Below, in pieces: positions 1 through 11,179 of a stretch of DNA of 64,000 nt. The notes beneath the pieces were generated by a model, which was given only the letters and a program-made list of their open reading frames with translations, made no database searches and was not told where the DNA came from. The DNA lies in assembly GCA_034226945.1 (NCBI GenBank), contig CP120461.1, positions 868,001 to 932,000 on the forward strand. Reading direction: 5' to 3'. Both the position numbers and the translations under genes were made by a program. Within the stretch, counting starts at the first letter, position 1; every line of letters starts with the position of its first letter. This DNA is from Picochlorum sp. SENEW3. Its lineage: Eukaryota.

Positions 1-100
1 TTTCTAGTGAAAAGGTGAAAACCCATGCCAAATCCCTCACAAAGACCCACACGCCCCTTGCCCTAGGAACAAGGCACCCACGATTGCAACAAGACCGCAC

Positions 101-280
101 CTGTGCCAGACTGAAAATCACATCCACCTTGTTGGCAACATCAGGGTGATGGTGTCTGAAAACCTGAGAGAAAATTTGTCTGAGTAAATCATCGTCCTCT
201 TTCAGGAGGGCCTGATTCACCTCCATGGAGAACTGAGGCATGTCGCCCATTGATATGCCCTTATCTGCAGAGATATCCAT
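101..280 (-). CDS. PPC1: Phosphoenolpyruvate carboxylase (plant-type PEPC), 5' exon; gene continues beyond the left edge
   Basis: Manual translation MDISADKG...LLKEDDDLLRQIFSQVFRHHHPDVANKVDVIFSLAQ followed by donor cag|gtgcgg at 100; resembles the green-algal plant-type PEPC N-terminus as I recall it (DDDSLLRQVFFSILRHHHP..AAKVDVIYALSQ). Absent from the ORF track. Confidence 0.8.
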
Positions 281-575
281 GCTCTCTTCCGTAGAACTGT
301 AAATCTAAATGATATGAATCAATTGGTGCATGAGGCGATGCTTTGTATGGCTCATGCCATGAGATCGAGTTTGACACGATCATGGATGGACATAGTAATT
401 CGGAAGGCCTGTGTTCCGTAAATAGGAATAAACCATACCTCTCGATGCAAAGCCCTTTTGGCACACAATAATAGAGAATAATAATACTCGCATGTTATTT
501 CATCCATTATAAGTACTCGTGGGGAATAGATGGTGGCTGGTTGAGTGGAATTTGAATTGCTGAGGGTGCAGAGCC

Positions 576-1604
576 ATGTCTTCAGTGGTGACGAGTTCGA
601 TAGATGCGCCGATTCTAGGATCTGTAGTAGCATATAATGATAATAGTACGAAAGTGGCTGTATCAGATGGTGTACGGGTCGTTGTGAGGGGGTGCCGACC
701 GGAGGATGCTGCTACTCAGGGACATAAAGAGGAGGGTGATGTGTCGAGTATTGTTGTGGAGCCGAATGTGGGGGTGGTGACGGCAATGTGTTGGATGGGG
801 GGTATGTTTGGGAATGTTCTATGCTGTGGGACGGATGGAGGAGTGGTGATGGTCTACGCAGAGCCTCCTGGAGCTCCAGGAGGATGTGCTGCGAGGGAGT
901 ATGTCCTGCGGTGTATGCTTCGGTATTCAACATCGACGGTGACGTGTGTTCGGCGAGCTCCTCAAAGTATAAGTAATAATGGAGGTCCCATGGTGACTGT
1001 GTCGTATGGAGATGGGAGTATTAGAATATTTGAAGGGCTTGTTGGGAAGATGCACTCTCGGGGAGGAGCTCAGACTGGTATCGAGTTCTTAGATTCTGTT
1101 GATGGCGTGTGGGAAGTTCATAGTGTTGTATCTCCGATTGAGAAACCGGATATGGGGGGATGCATCTGTTTTGATTGGAAAGCATGTGAGGGTGAGACTG
1201 CAGTTTTAGTGGCAGGATATGAAGGATGCTGTCCTCAGATCTACTCGTACGATGTGAAACATTTCACATGGACACATAGGGATGAGCTCACTCCCTCGGA
1301 CGGTGCCATGTCGACTGTCTCGGATATTGCATGGGCACCACAGTTGGGTCGGCCGTACGATATTGTAGCGGTGGCTTGTGGGACCTGTGTAAACCTATGG
1401 AGCATATCTGGGCCTGTGGATGAACTAGATATGCATGTTATAGCAACACTTGAACACGATGCGCATGTGTGGCAGGTGGGGTGGAATATGACGGGCAACT
1501 GGCTGGCTGCATCCACAGATGACAATAGAGTGTGTTTATGGAGACCTGATCTGGCAGGAGAGTGGCTCTTATTGAACGTTATCCAGGGATTAAATAAATT
1601 ATGA
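576..1604 (+). CDS. SEH1: WD40 nucleoporin Seh1 (SEC13/SEH1 family)
   Basis: DIAWAPQLGRPYDIVAVA and HDAHVWQVGWNMTGNWLAASTDDNRVCLWR match Seh1 C-terminal WD blades. Confidence 0.75.
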   Translation: MSSVVTSSIDAPILGSVVAYNDNSTKVAVSDGVRVVVRGCRPEDAATQGHKEEGDVSSIVVEPNVGVVTAMCWMGGMFGNVLCCGTDGGVVMVYAEPPGAPGGCAAREYVLRCMLRYSTSTVTCVRRAPQSISNNGGPMVTVSYGDGSIRIFEGLVGKMHSRGGAQTGIEFLDSVDGVWEVHSVVSPIEKPDMGGCICFDWKACEGETAVLVAGYEGCCPQIYSYDVKHFTWTHRDELTPSDGAMSTVSDIAWAPQLGRPYDIVAVACGTCVNLWSISGPVDELDMHVIATLEHDAHVWQVGWNMTGNWLAASTDDNRVCLWRPDLAGEWLLLNVIQGLNKL

Positions 1605-2371
1605 TGACTTTGTATTCTTCTTAGGCTCGATGTAATACGACGGGAATGCAAGCCCAGTAAAGGTCTTTTTCCTTGTATACAGACGCCCAACATGAGGCAT
1701 CACATTCCATGCCACGGTGACGTTGAACTCAGTGTCACGAAGGCCCTTTCCTTGGTCAGACAGAACGAATGGGTACATCTTCTGAAGCTTTCTAATATCG
1801 AGTTTCGCATTTGCTTTGCTCTGAATAATCCTGTTCCAGATGACCATTTCATTGTATGGAGACTCTTCTGTTTCAAACTCTGCCAGAACATAGACATATA
1901 ACTGCTTTGTGTTCCAAGAAAACTCAGATCTGAGATCAGCATGCATCTCAATATTCAACAGCGCCTGCATCAATCAATTGGTATGGGAATTGCAATTCGC
2001 AGGGAATGAATAATAATTAAAAAAACAGACAAGCAGTCTGTGTCTCTCCAACACAACTCACCTTGTCCACCCCCTTCTCTGCATAGAGAGCATCAACTCC
2101 CTTTACATCTAGGTCGACTGTAGCCTTACTTGGATGAAAGAGATCTGCATCGAGAACAGGCAGGACAGCGTGAGTGGATCAGTCAACAATCTGACTGATC
2201 AAGACAACAGCCACGGGAGTGACTCCATCCTCCTTATAAGGTAGCATGAGGCAAACGAATTGATTAATTATGCTTGATCGTACCAGTGACTGATGCCAAG
2301 GAGGCCATGATGGCTAAAACGGTGACTGCAAACGTCGAGAGCGCACTCGCCCTCTGCCAAAGCGTATGCAT
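1599..2371 (-). CDS. SPCS3: Signal peptidase complex subunit 3 (SPC22/23); exons 2371-2284, 2144-2062, 1964-1599 (178 aa)
   Basis: N-terminal MHTLWQRA plus TM segment; ADLRSEFSWNTKQLYVYV and VAWNVMPHVG motifs; phase-compatible GT-AG introns. Confidence 0.9.
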
Positions 2372-2420
2372 CCTGTTTTACAGTTCTAGCGTCATATGAT
2401 GCTACAAATAATAAAAATTC

Positions 2421-4673
2421 TCAAGTTCTCTCCAGAATCTGGAGGATACACGTATCATGGTGGATGGGGGGTGCGTGTTTGTGTCGAGCCGATGCTGGGG
2501 CTAGGTACATGTCTACTCGTTTCCCTTCATTTAATCCCTGTTGCATTTGGTATTCCATGGCCTGCATCGATATGGAGGACAGGGTCAGTGCGTGTACTAT
2601 ACTAGAGATGGCGGTGATGTAGATACGTACCATGTCTGTGTCGATTCTCTCGACATGCTGTGCTAGTTTTTCTTCTAGAGTCTTTTCAGAGAGCGAGCCA
2701 CGTCTAACATCTGACACCAGATCAGACATGTCTATCCCCCTACATATTCGTTTTGCGTCGGTATCTCTTTCAGATATGGATTGAAGGACTGTGTACACGG
2801 CAGCGGCTACGTTCGGAATGTATTTGGACAGGTTTCTTTTGCGCTGCTTTTGTTCCCTTGCAGCTTGCTGTCGTACGATTTTCTTTTTGAGTTGGACACA
2901 GCAGTTTTGGATCGCTGATCGAACGGCATCTTGGATACATTTAACATCATCCGCGATGTATTCTTTTCCAGCTCCCTTGAACGGAATTTTCGTGGACACG
3001 AGCGATACAAAGACACCCACCTTGTCATTTGCCTGATTGATGTTGTATGAATTCCAATTGATGCGTTTCATCGCTGTTCTCGTGATGACATCAGATCCAC
3101 CTTCAAAGAGCAGAGGAATTCTATTTGCGTATCTAAATATATTGATGCCTGGTTTGACATTTCTTCCCCCCATGCTCACAGCAGCTTCCACAATGAATGC
3201 ATGCCCTTCGGAAACTCCGACAGATCCTCCACATGTTGCCACCATATCCGGTCGCAGCTCTTTCATCACGCCTAATCGAAGATTATATTCTCCTGCTGGA
3301 CTCAGATGATGCCCGTCGGGATCTGGGAATCGCACTTCGTGCAAAAGCTGGTGCAGTCGAAGGATGTCCTGTTCCTCCAAATCGTGGGGGTCTGTCAGAG
3401 CGCCAGATCCCAGCTCATCAGCAATCCTTTCGGCCAAATCTTTCGACACACAGTCAAACTCTTTGTACAAAAAACTAGACAATTTGGTGTACTTTGTGGA
3501 TTCCACGAGTCTCTTGACCAGCTCCAAGTCGACTGAGGATGGGTGATGTTTGGTGGCTTCTGGTGGAGGCGGCATGACTGAGGTCCTCCTGTCAAACACA
3601 GTCTCAAACACATTCTTTTCATCCTGACCTTTGAATTTAAACTTGAACTCTGCATACGGAGTAATGACAGCAATCTGCTGCAGATACTTGAGAACTTTGG
3701 CTCTGTAATACTGCCAGTGCCCACAAATGGTCACACTCAATTCTGCACCATGCCATCCATTCTCATTCGTCAGTTCTTTCCCCTCGTGTACATTTGGCAA
3801 ATTTTTTCGAATGTCGATATCAAGTTTATAGTACGATTTCATCTGTGACCCCACTCGCGCCGAATATATCTCAATGGGAAGCCCAGTACTCATCTTTGAC
3901 CAAATCAGTGCCATTTTTGCACCCAGTCCAAACTTTCCTCTCGTCTGCTTCACCCCATACTTGGTTCCAGATAGAACTTTACCAAGCATATTTGGAATAT
4001 CATCATGATTCATTCCCATTCCATTGTCTCGAACAGTCACTTTGTAGAACATCTTTTCATTCCTTGCATGCGCCTGCTTTTGCTTGGCAAGCAATTCCTT
4101 CTTCTTTGCTTCCACGACATGCTCACTCTCACCCTTTTTTTCCGCAGCCTTGAGCATTCGCTCCATATCCTTTTGTTCCTTGGTCAACCGCTTCGTTTTC
4201 TCCTGATCCGTCTCAAAATCCTGGTACAAGGCCTCATCCACTCGATCAACATTCGAAACCCCTCTCATCGTATTCAGCGTCGCCTGACTGATTTCTTCTC
4301 TGCAACACGAGAGACAATAGTTATTTACAAAACTGCATCAAAGAAGAAGAAACAAACACGCCACCATCACATACACGGTAATCTCAATGTCAGGCAGGAC
4401 ACTGATGCTCTCTGCAGAGTCCAAAGAATTCTCCACAAGCTCACGAATCGTCGTATACAGACATTTTCCAGGCTACAACATGATACAAAACATTGAATCA
4501 GTCCTTCATTATACCATACATACAACGCAAAGAACAGCAGCAACAGGAATAGGCCAAGCCAACCAACTCACATTATCAAACCCAGCAATGTTTTTATTAT
4601 CGGCGAAAAACTCAGCTGGACTCTTCTGCTCCAGCGTCTCCTTTTTATTACCGATAGTCTTCTTCGCAACCAT
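2421..4673 (-). CDS. TOP6B: DNA topoisomerase VI subunit B; exons 4673-4572, 4472-4375, 4299-2631, 2561-2421
   Basis: [44 protein letters not shown] and QTRGKFGLGAK (GHKL ATPase); RYANRIPLLF and KIPFKGAGKE transducer motifs. Confidence 0.95.
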
Positions 4674-5073
4674 CTTTTCTCAGTCTGGATCCGTCTCCTC
4701 TGTATGAAAGAAAGGCTCTGTCGTATCGTTGAAAACGAATTCAAATTCTTCACACGCTCTCTGTCCGATTTGCTACTGTTTTACATCCTCGAGACTGTCC
4801 TATTATAAAATATTTGATAATTGGAATTGACATATTCCTGTAAATTCGACACATCGGTATCAATCTGGTCTTGGATGCGAAGGTCCACAGAACCGTATTG
4901 GATATCCCATCAACGGACCCGTTGATAGGTGTCTAAAGAGTACCGCGCAAATGCTTCTGTTCAGGCATTCTTCCGATCTTGACGCACTGCAGGAGCGATG
5001 AGTAGATACTTTTGATATTGAATGGACTTAAAATCGGATATACGCTGTTGGGACGTCACGTGGACGAGTTTTC

Positions 5074-6030
5074 ATGATGCTCTGCTGTCTCAGAAGAGAC
5101 GCAAGCAAGCTCCTCTCTCGTGTCATCCGAGGGGCAATTCATGAATCTCGTAGTACACATATGAATCTATGGAGCATTGAAGCTAGTGTACAGGGCGAAT
5201 GGTCCCGCAGTAGGCTGATGATGGATGGCTTTGACCCTTTCCTTGGGCACCAGAAGACTGTACAGGCTTGTCGTTTTTCATCGCTTCCGACAAAGAATCA
5301 GCCATCAGGGGAAAGAGAACAAGATAGATCAGCCACTGTAGATGATGTGGTGAATCAAACGCTTCAGTCGATATGTGCCGTTGATTTTACGCCTCATTTG
5401 GAGATGTTGAAAAAGACAAGATCGGTGATGATGTATGATGAATTTATACAAGAGTTTCACGAGGCTTTGCCATACGCAAATGATGACGATGCGCATAGGA
5501 TTTGTGATGCATTAGCGACTTCTGGAAGTATCATTAGATCTGGAGACATGGTGTATCTGCGGCCGCTGGAGATTGCCAGGAGTCTGAGGAGCCTTCTTCC
5601 TGTTGATGTGCCGAGTCTTGAGAAAAGGCTTGCAGTTGTCCGGGACAAACTGGAGCCAATGGAACGTATAAAGAGTGTGATCGAGCAAGAGGCTCAGAGG
5701 AGAAATACGAAATTTAACATGCTGTTTCTGGGATTGCTCGCGGGGCAATGGGGGATATTTTTCAGATTGTGCTATTGGGAGCTCTCATGGGATGTCGTAG
5801 AGCCCTTGGGATTCTTTGCAAATGGCTTGACTACCTTACTGTCTTTTGCATGGTTTCTACGGACACGTCGAGACTTTTCGTATGAAGGCATGTCAGACAC
5901 GGTGACATCGGCCTACGCCCACCGAAAGTTGACGGAGCAGAATTTCAACTTTGTAGAGTATGAACGATTGACACAGGAAGCCAATAGATTAGAAGAAGCA
6001 TTGAATTCGATAAAAGCACGAGTACTGTAA
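5074..6030 (+). CDS. MCU: Mitochondrial calcium uniporter (MCU family)
   Basis: Coiled coil plus two TM helices flanking YWELSWDVVEP (DIME-type filter); presequence-like N-terminus. Confidence 0.88.
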   Translation: MMLCCLRRDASKLLSRVIRGAIHESRSTHMNLWSIEASVQGEWSRSRLMMDGFDPFLGHQKTVQACRFSSLPTKNQPSGEREQDRSATVDDVVNQTLQSICAVDFTPHLEMLKKTRSVMMYDEFIQEFHEALPYANDDDAHRICDALATSGSIIRSGDMVYLRPLEIARSLRSLLPVDVPSLEKRLAVVRDKLEPMERIKSVIEQEAQRRNTKFNMLFLGLLAGQWGIFFRLCYWELSWDVVEPLGFFANGLTTLLSFAWFLRTRRDFSYEGMSDTVTSAYAHRKLTEQNFNFVEYERLTQEANRLEEALNSIKARVL

Positions 6031-6033
6031 TAT

Positions 6034-7265
6034 TTACTTTTTCCTTCCAGCTGCCTTCTGATTCTTCTGCGCAGTTTTCTTTTTCAAATCCTTGACATAC
6101 TTGCCTTCCAGTCGCCCCTTTTTATTCGCCCCCTTCTTCTTCATTCTGTGACCACTGCTCTCCTCGCGAGCAGCCGATTCAAACTTTCCAATCGCCTTTC
6201 CAATATCCACAATATCATCCGCATTCTTACGAATAATACTATCCACTAATTTGCCTTGCGATTCCCTCTCAACCTGACGGTTTACTGTCGCTGACAAGTA
6301 CTTTTTATCCCCACCCTTGCCCTTGCGATGCTTCATCTCCTCCCCTCTCACCACTCTATCAAATTTACCCATAGATCCCGTCGACACAGCCACCTGCTTC
6401 GACGTCTGCACCAATTCAGACAACATGTCTTTCCTCTTGGTCGGTTTTCCATGCCCATGTTCAGGTAACGTGGCAGCAAGCCTCAGTGTAGCTGGCAAGG
6501 CCCCTTTGCCTCCCTCCTTCACAGCATTCTTCAAATTCTCCAACTGCCTGCCCTTTTGCTTCTTCACCCTCTCTCTCTTATCCTTTGAATTCTTTGTAAA
6601 TGGATCCTCCACGCCCGTATCCTCATCATGCCCTGCCTCCATAATAGGAATATCCCCCTCATCTCCAACCCGCTTGTACCCATACCGACGCCGCCACTCC
6701 CCACTGACCTCATCCCACTCCAGATTACTCCTCTTCCTCTTCTGAATACCCTTCCGCTGTGCAAATATCTCCCACTTCGTAGGCGGTCTAGGCTTTGGTA
6801 AAGGCTTCTCCCTCGGCAACACGGTGCTTGGAGCAGGCAATGCCGCAATCCTCCCCACAGGAGCAACCTCACATGGCAGCTCAAACAACTTCTTCGTCAT
6901 CACCTGAAATATGCGAGTCGCCATCTCATGACACACTCTATCAATATTAGAAGCATCTGTAAACCCCGTGTGATCATCTATCGGCGACGCATCATACGCC
7001 ATCAAATTCCCCAGGTCAAACTCACAGCTCCCAAGCCCATCCTCTCCAAACTCGTCCTCAGCGGCCCTGTAAACAACAAATGAAAGGATATATATCATTA
7101 AACACATTAAGTAAATATGCATTCATCCAGTATAATGGAACGCAGCATTCCAAAATTGAACGGATGCATGGACGAATGCATTCGTTCGTGGTCGTCTTTC
7201 TAAAGAACAACAACGCACCCATCATGACCAAGCTGCTCTGCAGTCACTTTTACAACAGGATCCAT
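6034..7265 (-). CDS. RRS1: Ribosome biogenesis regulatory protein RRS1; exons 7265-7219, 7066-6034
   Basis: FDLGNLMAYD, LPREKPLPKPRPPTKWEIFAQRKGI, WRRRYGYK, STGSMGKFD motifs. Confidence 0.93.
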
Positions 7266-7464
7266 GGTATCATACAAATTAATAACGAATACCAATGCGT
7301 ATCACAAGCATGGATACGCATTGGTCCTTTGGATTTGTCTTATATCATAAACATCGGAAGATTTTTTAAAATCTCGCCTCTGGAAAAAAAATGCTACAAA
7401 ACAAAAGAGTTCACACATCCGATCATCAATGAAGAGAGATAGTTTCATAAATAAATAACAAATA

Positions 7465-8289
7465 ATGGCAGAAGAAGGGAATACACAGGATTTGCTTGGG
7501 GGTCAGGTGTTCAATCTACCCCACAGCGTCGAAGACGAAGACTCTCTGCTGTTTCAAACTGACTATGACCTTTTGAAAAAGGCTCTCATGAACGAGAAGG
7601 CGAGTCCAGAGATTTTACCATATCAGCATGATTTACTGTCACGTTTATACATTCGAATAGACCAACAGGTACGTCATATAGACAACAGGGCTACCTGTTC
7701 CATTGCAGATTTTTGATTGATTGATTGTTTTTCAAAAAAAAATTGGACATGTCTCCAGGAGCGGATTGTATCATCATACGGATCTGGAGTATCACAGATG
7801 GACGATGACGCTGCGATGATGGACGGGGGGATATCGCAGGAATTGGTTCGGACCATGATTGCTGTGGAACTGACTCGGCTTCGATACATGATGAGGTCCT
7901 ACCTTCGCGTCCGATTGTTCAAGATTGAAAAGTATGCCATGCATTGTGTTGGAGAGAGTCATGTGAACGCTCGTCTGTCGTCATTGGAGTCCGCCTATGT
8001 CCAAGAGTATGTCAATCTGACGCTGCAGCACTTGCGGAGCCATGTCACCAGCAAGCTTCCAGAGGCATTTTCGGCAGTCAGTAAGCAGGCGACTGCTCAT
8101 CCCCATCCAGATATGATTCCTACGCCTGATATAGGTCATCATGTGTTTGCTCGAGTGGAAAGGACTATTGGTGATGTACAAATGTATGATGATGGGACAA
8201 CAGAGGATTTGGTCCAGGGGGATTTGTACATCATGAGGTATAAAGTGATTCGGGAATTCCTCCAAGATGGCAGTGTTCAATTAGTTTAA
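7465..8289 (+). CDS. SLD5: GINS complex subunit Sld5; intron 7669-7758
   Basis: NEKASPEILPY, ELTRLRYMMRSYLRVRLFKIEKY, GDLYIMRYKVIREFLQDGSVQLV. Confidence 0.93.
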
Positions 8290-8341
8290 TAATCTCCTAT
8301 GAAAAAGAACTGCTAGAGGGGTGAATGGGCAGAATAGTCAT

Positions 8342-8639
8342 ATGGTGTCTGCTATTCAGGGGACGTGTATTACCTGGTCCGTTGCTGTGTTTGTTCTATT
8401 CTCTTGTTTGTTTGATTGGTTGACTGCATTCATCCTTACCTGAGATGGATATTACATGCAGTGATGATCAATTGAAAGAGATTATCAAGGCGTTGAATGC
8501 GACTGCTGAAGAAAAGTTTTTGATTTGTGAATTACCTCGAGGCAATGCGCTGTTTGTGAAGAACGATAAAGTGGCGTACGTGAAGGATTTAGTGAAAAAA
8601 TATTTCGAATCTCTTCATTTCGATGTCGATAAGCAGTAG
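8342..8639 (+). CDS. TFB5: TFIIH subunit p8/TFB5 (REX1-S); exons 8342-8376, 8462-8639 (70 aa)
   Basis: Spliced MVSAIQGTCITCDDQLKEIIKALN...EKFLICEL...ALFVK fits the Tfb5 pattern MV.A.KG....CD...K.FI...L....LFV; size typical; next to REX1-B. Confidence 0.8.
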
Positions 8640-9099
8640 TCGAGGTGTTATAGAGCGGGTGTTTGAGGTGCAGGAGCGACGGGCTCGAGCCTATTCCATG
8701 CTCGAGTCGAGTTTTGCATCGTCTGATGATGAGATGGGGCAGCGGATGACGGTGGAGAGGGTGACGGGAGAGTTTCAAAAGCTGAGTCAGGAGATTCGGG
8801 ATATGGAGTCAACGCATGATGATGAGGTGATTGTGGGCATCTTGAAGGGTATTCAGAAAGAAGAGGCAGAAAAGCTTCGTTTGACGGTGGAGATTCATAG
8901 GTTGAAACGGTCTGGGATGTTGGATGAGGAGTGTGTGATTGGTGAGGAGCATCATTGCCAGCATCATGATGACAGGGTATCTCCTCATGAGGTGAAGGCT
9001 GCTCTTGCAGAGGCATATTTTGGGTTGGAGCAGTGTGTTCGGAATATCCAGGAGCACTTGGAGGAATTGCGGTACATCAACATGGATCTTTCTCAATGA
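8623..9099 (+). CDS. REX1B: REX1-B domain protein (required for excision 1-B family)
   Basis: FEVQERRARAY, VTGEFQKLSQEI, IQKEEAEKLRLT and IQEHLEELRY follow the REX1-B helical pattern; directly downstream of TFB5 as at the Chlamydomonas REX1 locus. Confidence 0.75.
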   Translation: MSISSSRGVIERVFEVQERRARAYSMLESSFASSDDEMGQRMTVERVTGEFQKLSQEIRDMESTHDDEVIVGILKGIQKEEAEKLRLTVEIHRLKRSGMLDEECVIGEEHHCQHHDDRVSPHEVKAALAEAYFGLEQCVRNIQEHLEELRYINMDLSQ

Positions 9100-9168
9100 A
9101 TGAAATAATACATATCAACATGCATTGTAAAACATAGTAGTATTCTTTCTTCGACAATCTTCTTCTTC

Positions 9169-10782
9169 TTATCCGACGGAACCTTCGAGCTTCAAGCTCA
9201 TCAATTGGTTCACTTCAGCGGCAAACTCCAACGGAAGTTCATTGAATACTTCTCGGCAGAAACCAGAGATGATCATGCCAACGGCTTCCTCAGCATCGAT
9301 GCCTCTCTGTTGGAAGTAGAACAATTGGTCTTCTCCAATCTTTGATGTGGAGGCTTCGTGTTCCACCTGCGATGCTGGGTTTCTCACCTGGATGTATGGA
9401 TACGTATTGGCTGCAGCAGTATCCCCAATCAACATGGAATCGCATTGAGAATAATTACGAGCGCCATCTGCGGATGGCTGCATCTGCACGAGGCCTCTGT
9501 ATGCATTTCTGCTCTGTCCTGCAGAGATGCCCTTGGACACAATGCGTGACCTCGTCCTCTTGCCAACGTGGATCATCTTTGTTCCTGTATCCGCCTGTTG
9601 CTTGTTATTCGTCAGTGCAACAGAGTAAAACTCCCCGATGGAATCGTCTCCCTTCAAGACCACAGATGGGTATTTCCAAGTAATGGAGCTTCCCGTTTCT
9701 ACCTGTGTCCATGAAATCTTGGAGGCGTTGCCACGGCAGATGCCCCTCTTTGTGACAAAATTGTAAATACCGCCCACACCATCTTCATTTCCTGCATACC
9801 AATTCTGTACGGTAGAGTACTTGATCTCTGCCCGAGCTCCTGCACTCAATTCCACCACAGCAGCATGCAGCTGATTCTCATCATATGCTGGAGCAGTGCA
9901 CCCTTCAAGGTACGACACATACGCATCATCTTCGCATACAATGAGTGTTCTCTCAAACTGACCAGTCTCGGACGCATTGATTCTGAAATAGGTGCTCAAT
10001 TCCATGGGTGACGTGACTCCCTTTGGCACATAGACAAAGGACCCATCAGAGAACACTGCAGAATTCAATGCAGCAAAATAATTATCAGCAACAGGCACAA
10101 CCGAGCCTAAATGCTCCTTCACCAATTCTGGGTACTCCTTCACAGCCTCTGATATGGAGCAAAAGATGACACCAGCCTTGGCAAGCTCTTCTTTGAATGT
10201 GGTTGCAATCGACACAGAGTCAAACACTGCATCCACTGCGACATTCGCCAGTCTCTTCTGCTCCGCCAAAGGAATTCCTAGTTTATCAAACGTCGCAAGC
10301 AGCTCTGGATCGACCTCGTCCAAGGACTGCTTCTGCTCCTTCACCTTTGGTGCAGAGTAGTACGAATATCCCTGGTAATCAATTGTAGGATAATCGTTGT
10401 CCGACCATTCAGGCTCCTCCATCGTCAACCATTTTCTATATGCTCGCAATCTAAAGTCTAATAGCCACTCCGGCTCATCCTTCTTCGCCGAGATGGCCCT
10501 CACCACATCCTCACTGAGTCCCTTGGGAAACACATCAGACTCAATCATTGTCTTGAATCCATACTTGTATGGCTTACTCAACATTTTTTGAATATCTTTC
10601 TTCTCCTCTTCCACTGCATCCACATCGCTCGTACTCTCTACCGCAGCCATCGCCACAGTTCTGGACCCCTGTCTCTGCCATGGTCGCTGGGGAGTCCTCG
10701 CAGCCAATCCCACCCGCCTGGACCCCGACGAGCGCATCCTCACAGCCCCACTGGAACGTTGCATTGTACGGCACATCTTCAT
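9169..10782 (-). CDS. SUFB: Plastid Fe-S cluster assembly protein SufB with transit peptide
   Basis: [43 protein letters not shown]-terminal LKLEGSVG; Arg/Ser-rich N-terminal extension. Confidence 0.97.
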   Translation of the reverse strand: MKMCRTMQRSSGAVRMRSSGSRRVGLAARTPQRPWQRQGSRTVAMAAVESTSDVDAVEEEKKDIQKMLSKPYKYGFKTMIESDVFPKGLSEDVVRAISAKKDEPEWLLDFRLRAYRKWLTMEEPEWSDNDYPTIDYQGYSYYSAPKVKEQKQSLDEVDPELLATFDKLGIPLAEQKRLANVAVDAVFDSVSIATTFKEELAKAGVIFCSISEAVKEYPELVKEHLGSVVPVADNYFAALNSAVFSDGSFVYVPKGVTSPMELSTYFRINASETGQFERTLIVCEDDAYVSYLEGCTAPAYDENQLHAAVVELSAGARAEIKYSTVQNWYAGNEDGVGGIYNFVTKRGICRGNASKISWTQVETGSSITWKYPSVVLKGDDSIGEFYSVALTNNKQQADTGTKMIHVGKRTRSRIVSKGISAGQSRNAYRGLVQMQPSADGARNYSQCDSMLIGDTAAANTYPYIQVRNPASQVEHEASTSKIGEDQLFYFQQRGIDAEEAVGMIISGFCREVFNELPLEFAAEVNQLMSLKLEGSVG

Positions 10783-11179
10783 ATTTGCCTCGTTATGTTA
10801 TCCTCCAATGCAAAAATAACAGAGTATCTCAATTCACGAAGAAAGGTTACCCTCGGTTATCGTCCAAGAAATGTACTCGGTGTAGTAGTTTTGCCTTCCT
10901 CTTCCGACTACCACCTCGGCCACTCTGTATAATACTTTAATGTAATAATTTATATTCAATTAATACCTACTTGGCCAAGAGGCGTGGTCGTTTTGATGCA
11001 TGGTGAGATGAACGGGTGCTTCATCCACTCCTACCAAGCTTGGTAATGATTACAAGTCCTATCAAATGGAACATTGGATGGGACATGTGATTATTACACC
11101 TACCAGCCACATTCTGACACATCATCGCATATATTTTCATGACACACACACCTGTTGATACTCACATTGTACTATATAC

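Noticed and set aside
2421..4673. TOP6B as an archaeal HGT or meiotic MTOPVIB
   Set aside because: Sequence matches the canonical, vertically inherited plant and algal topoisomerase VI B with an intact ATPase
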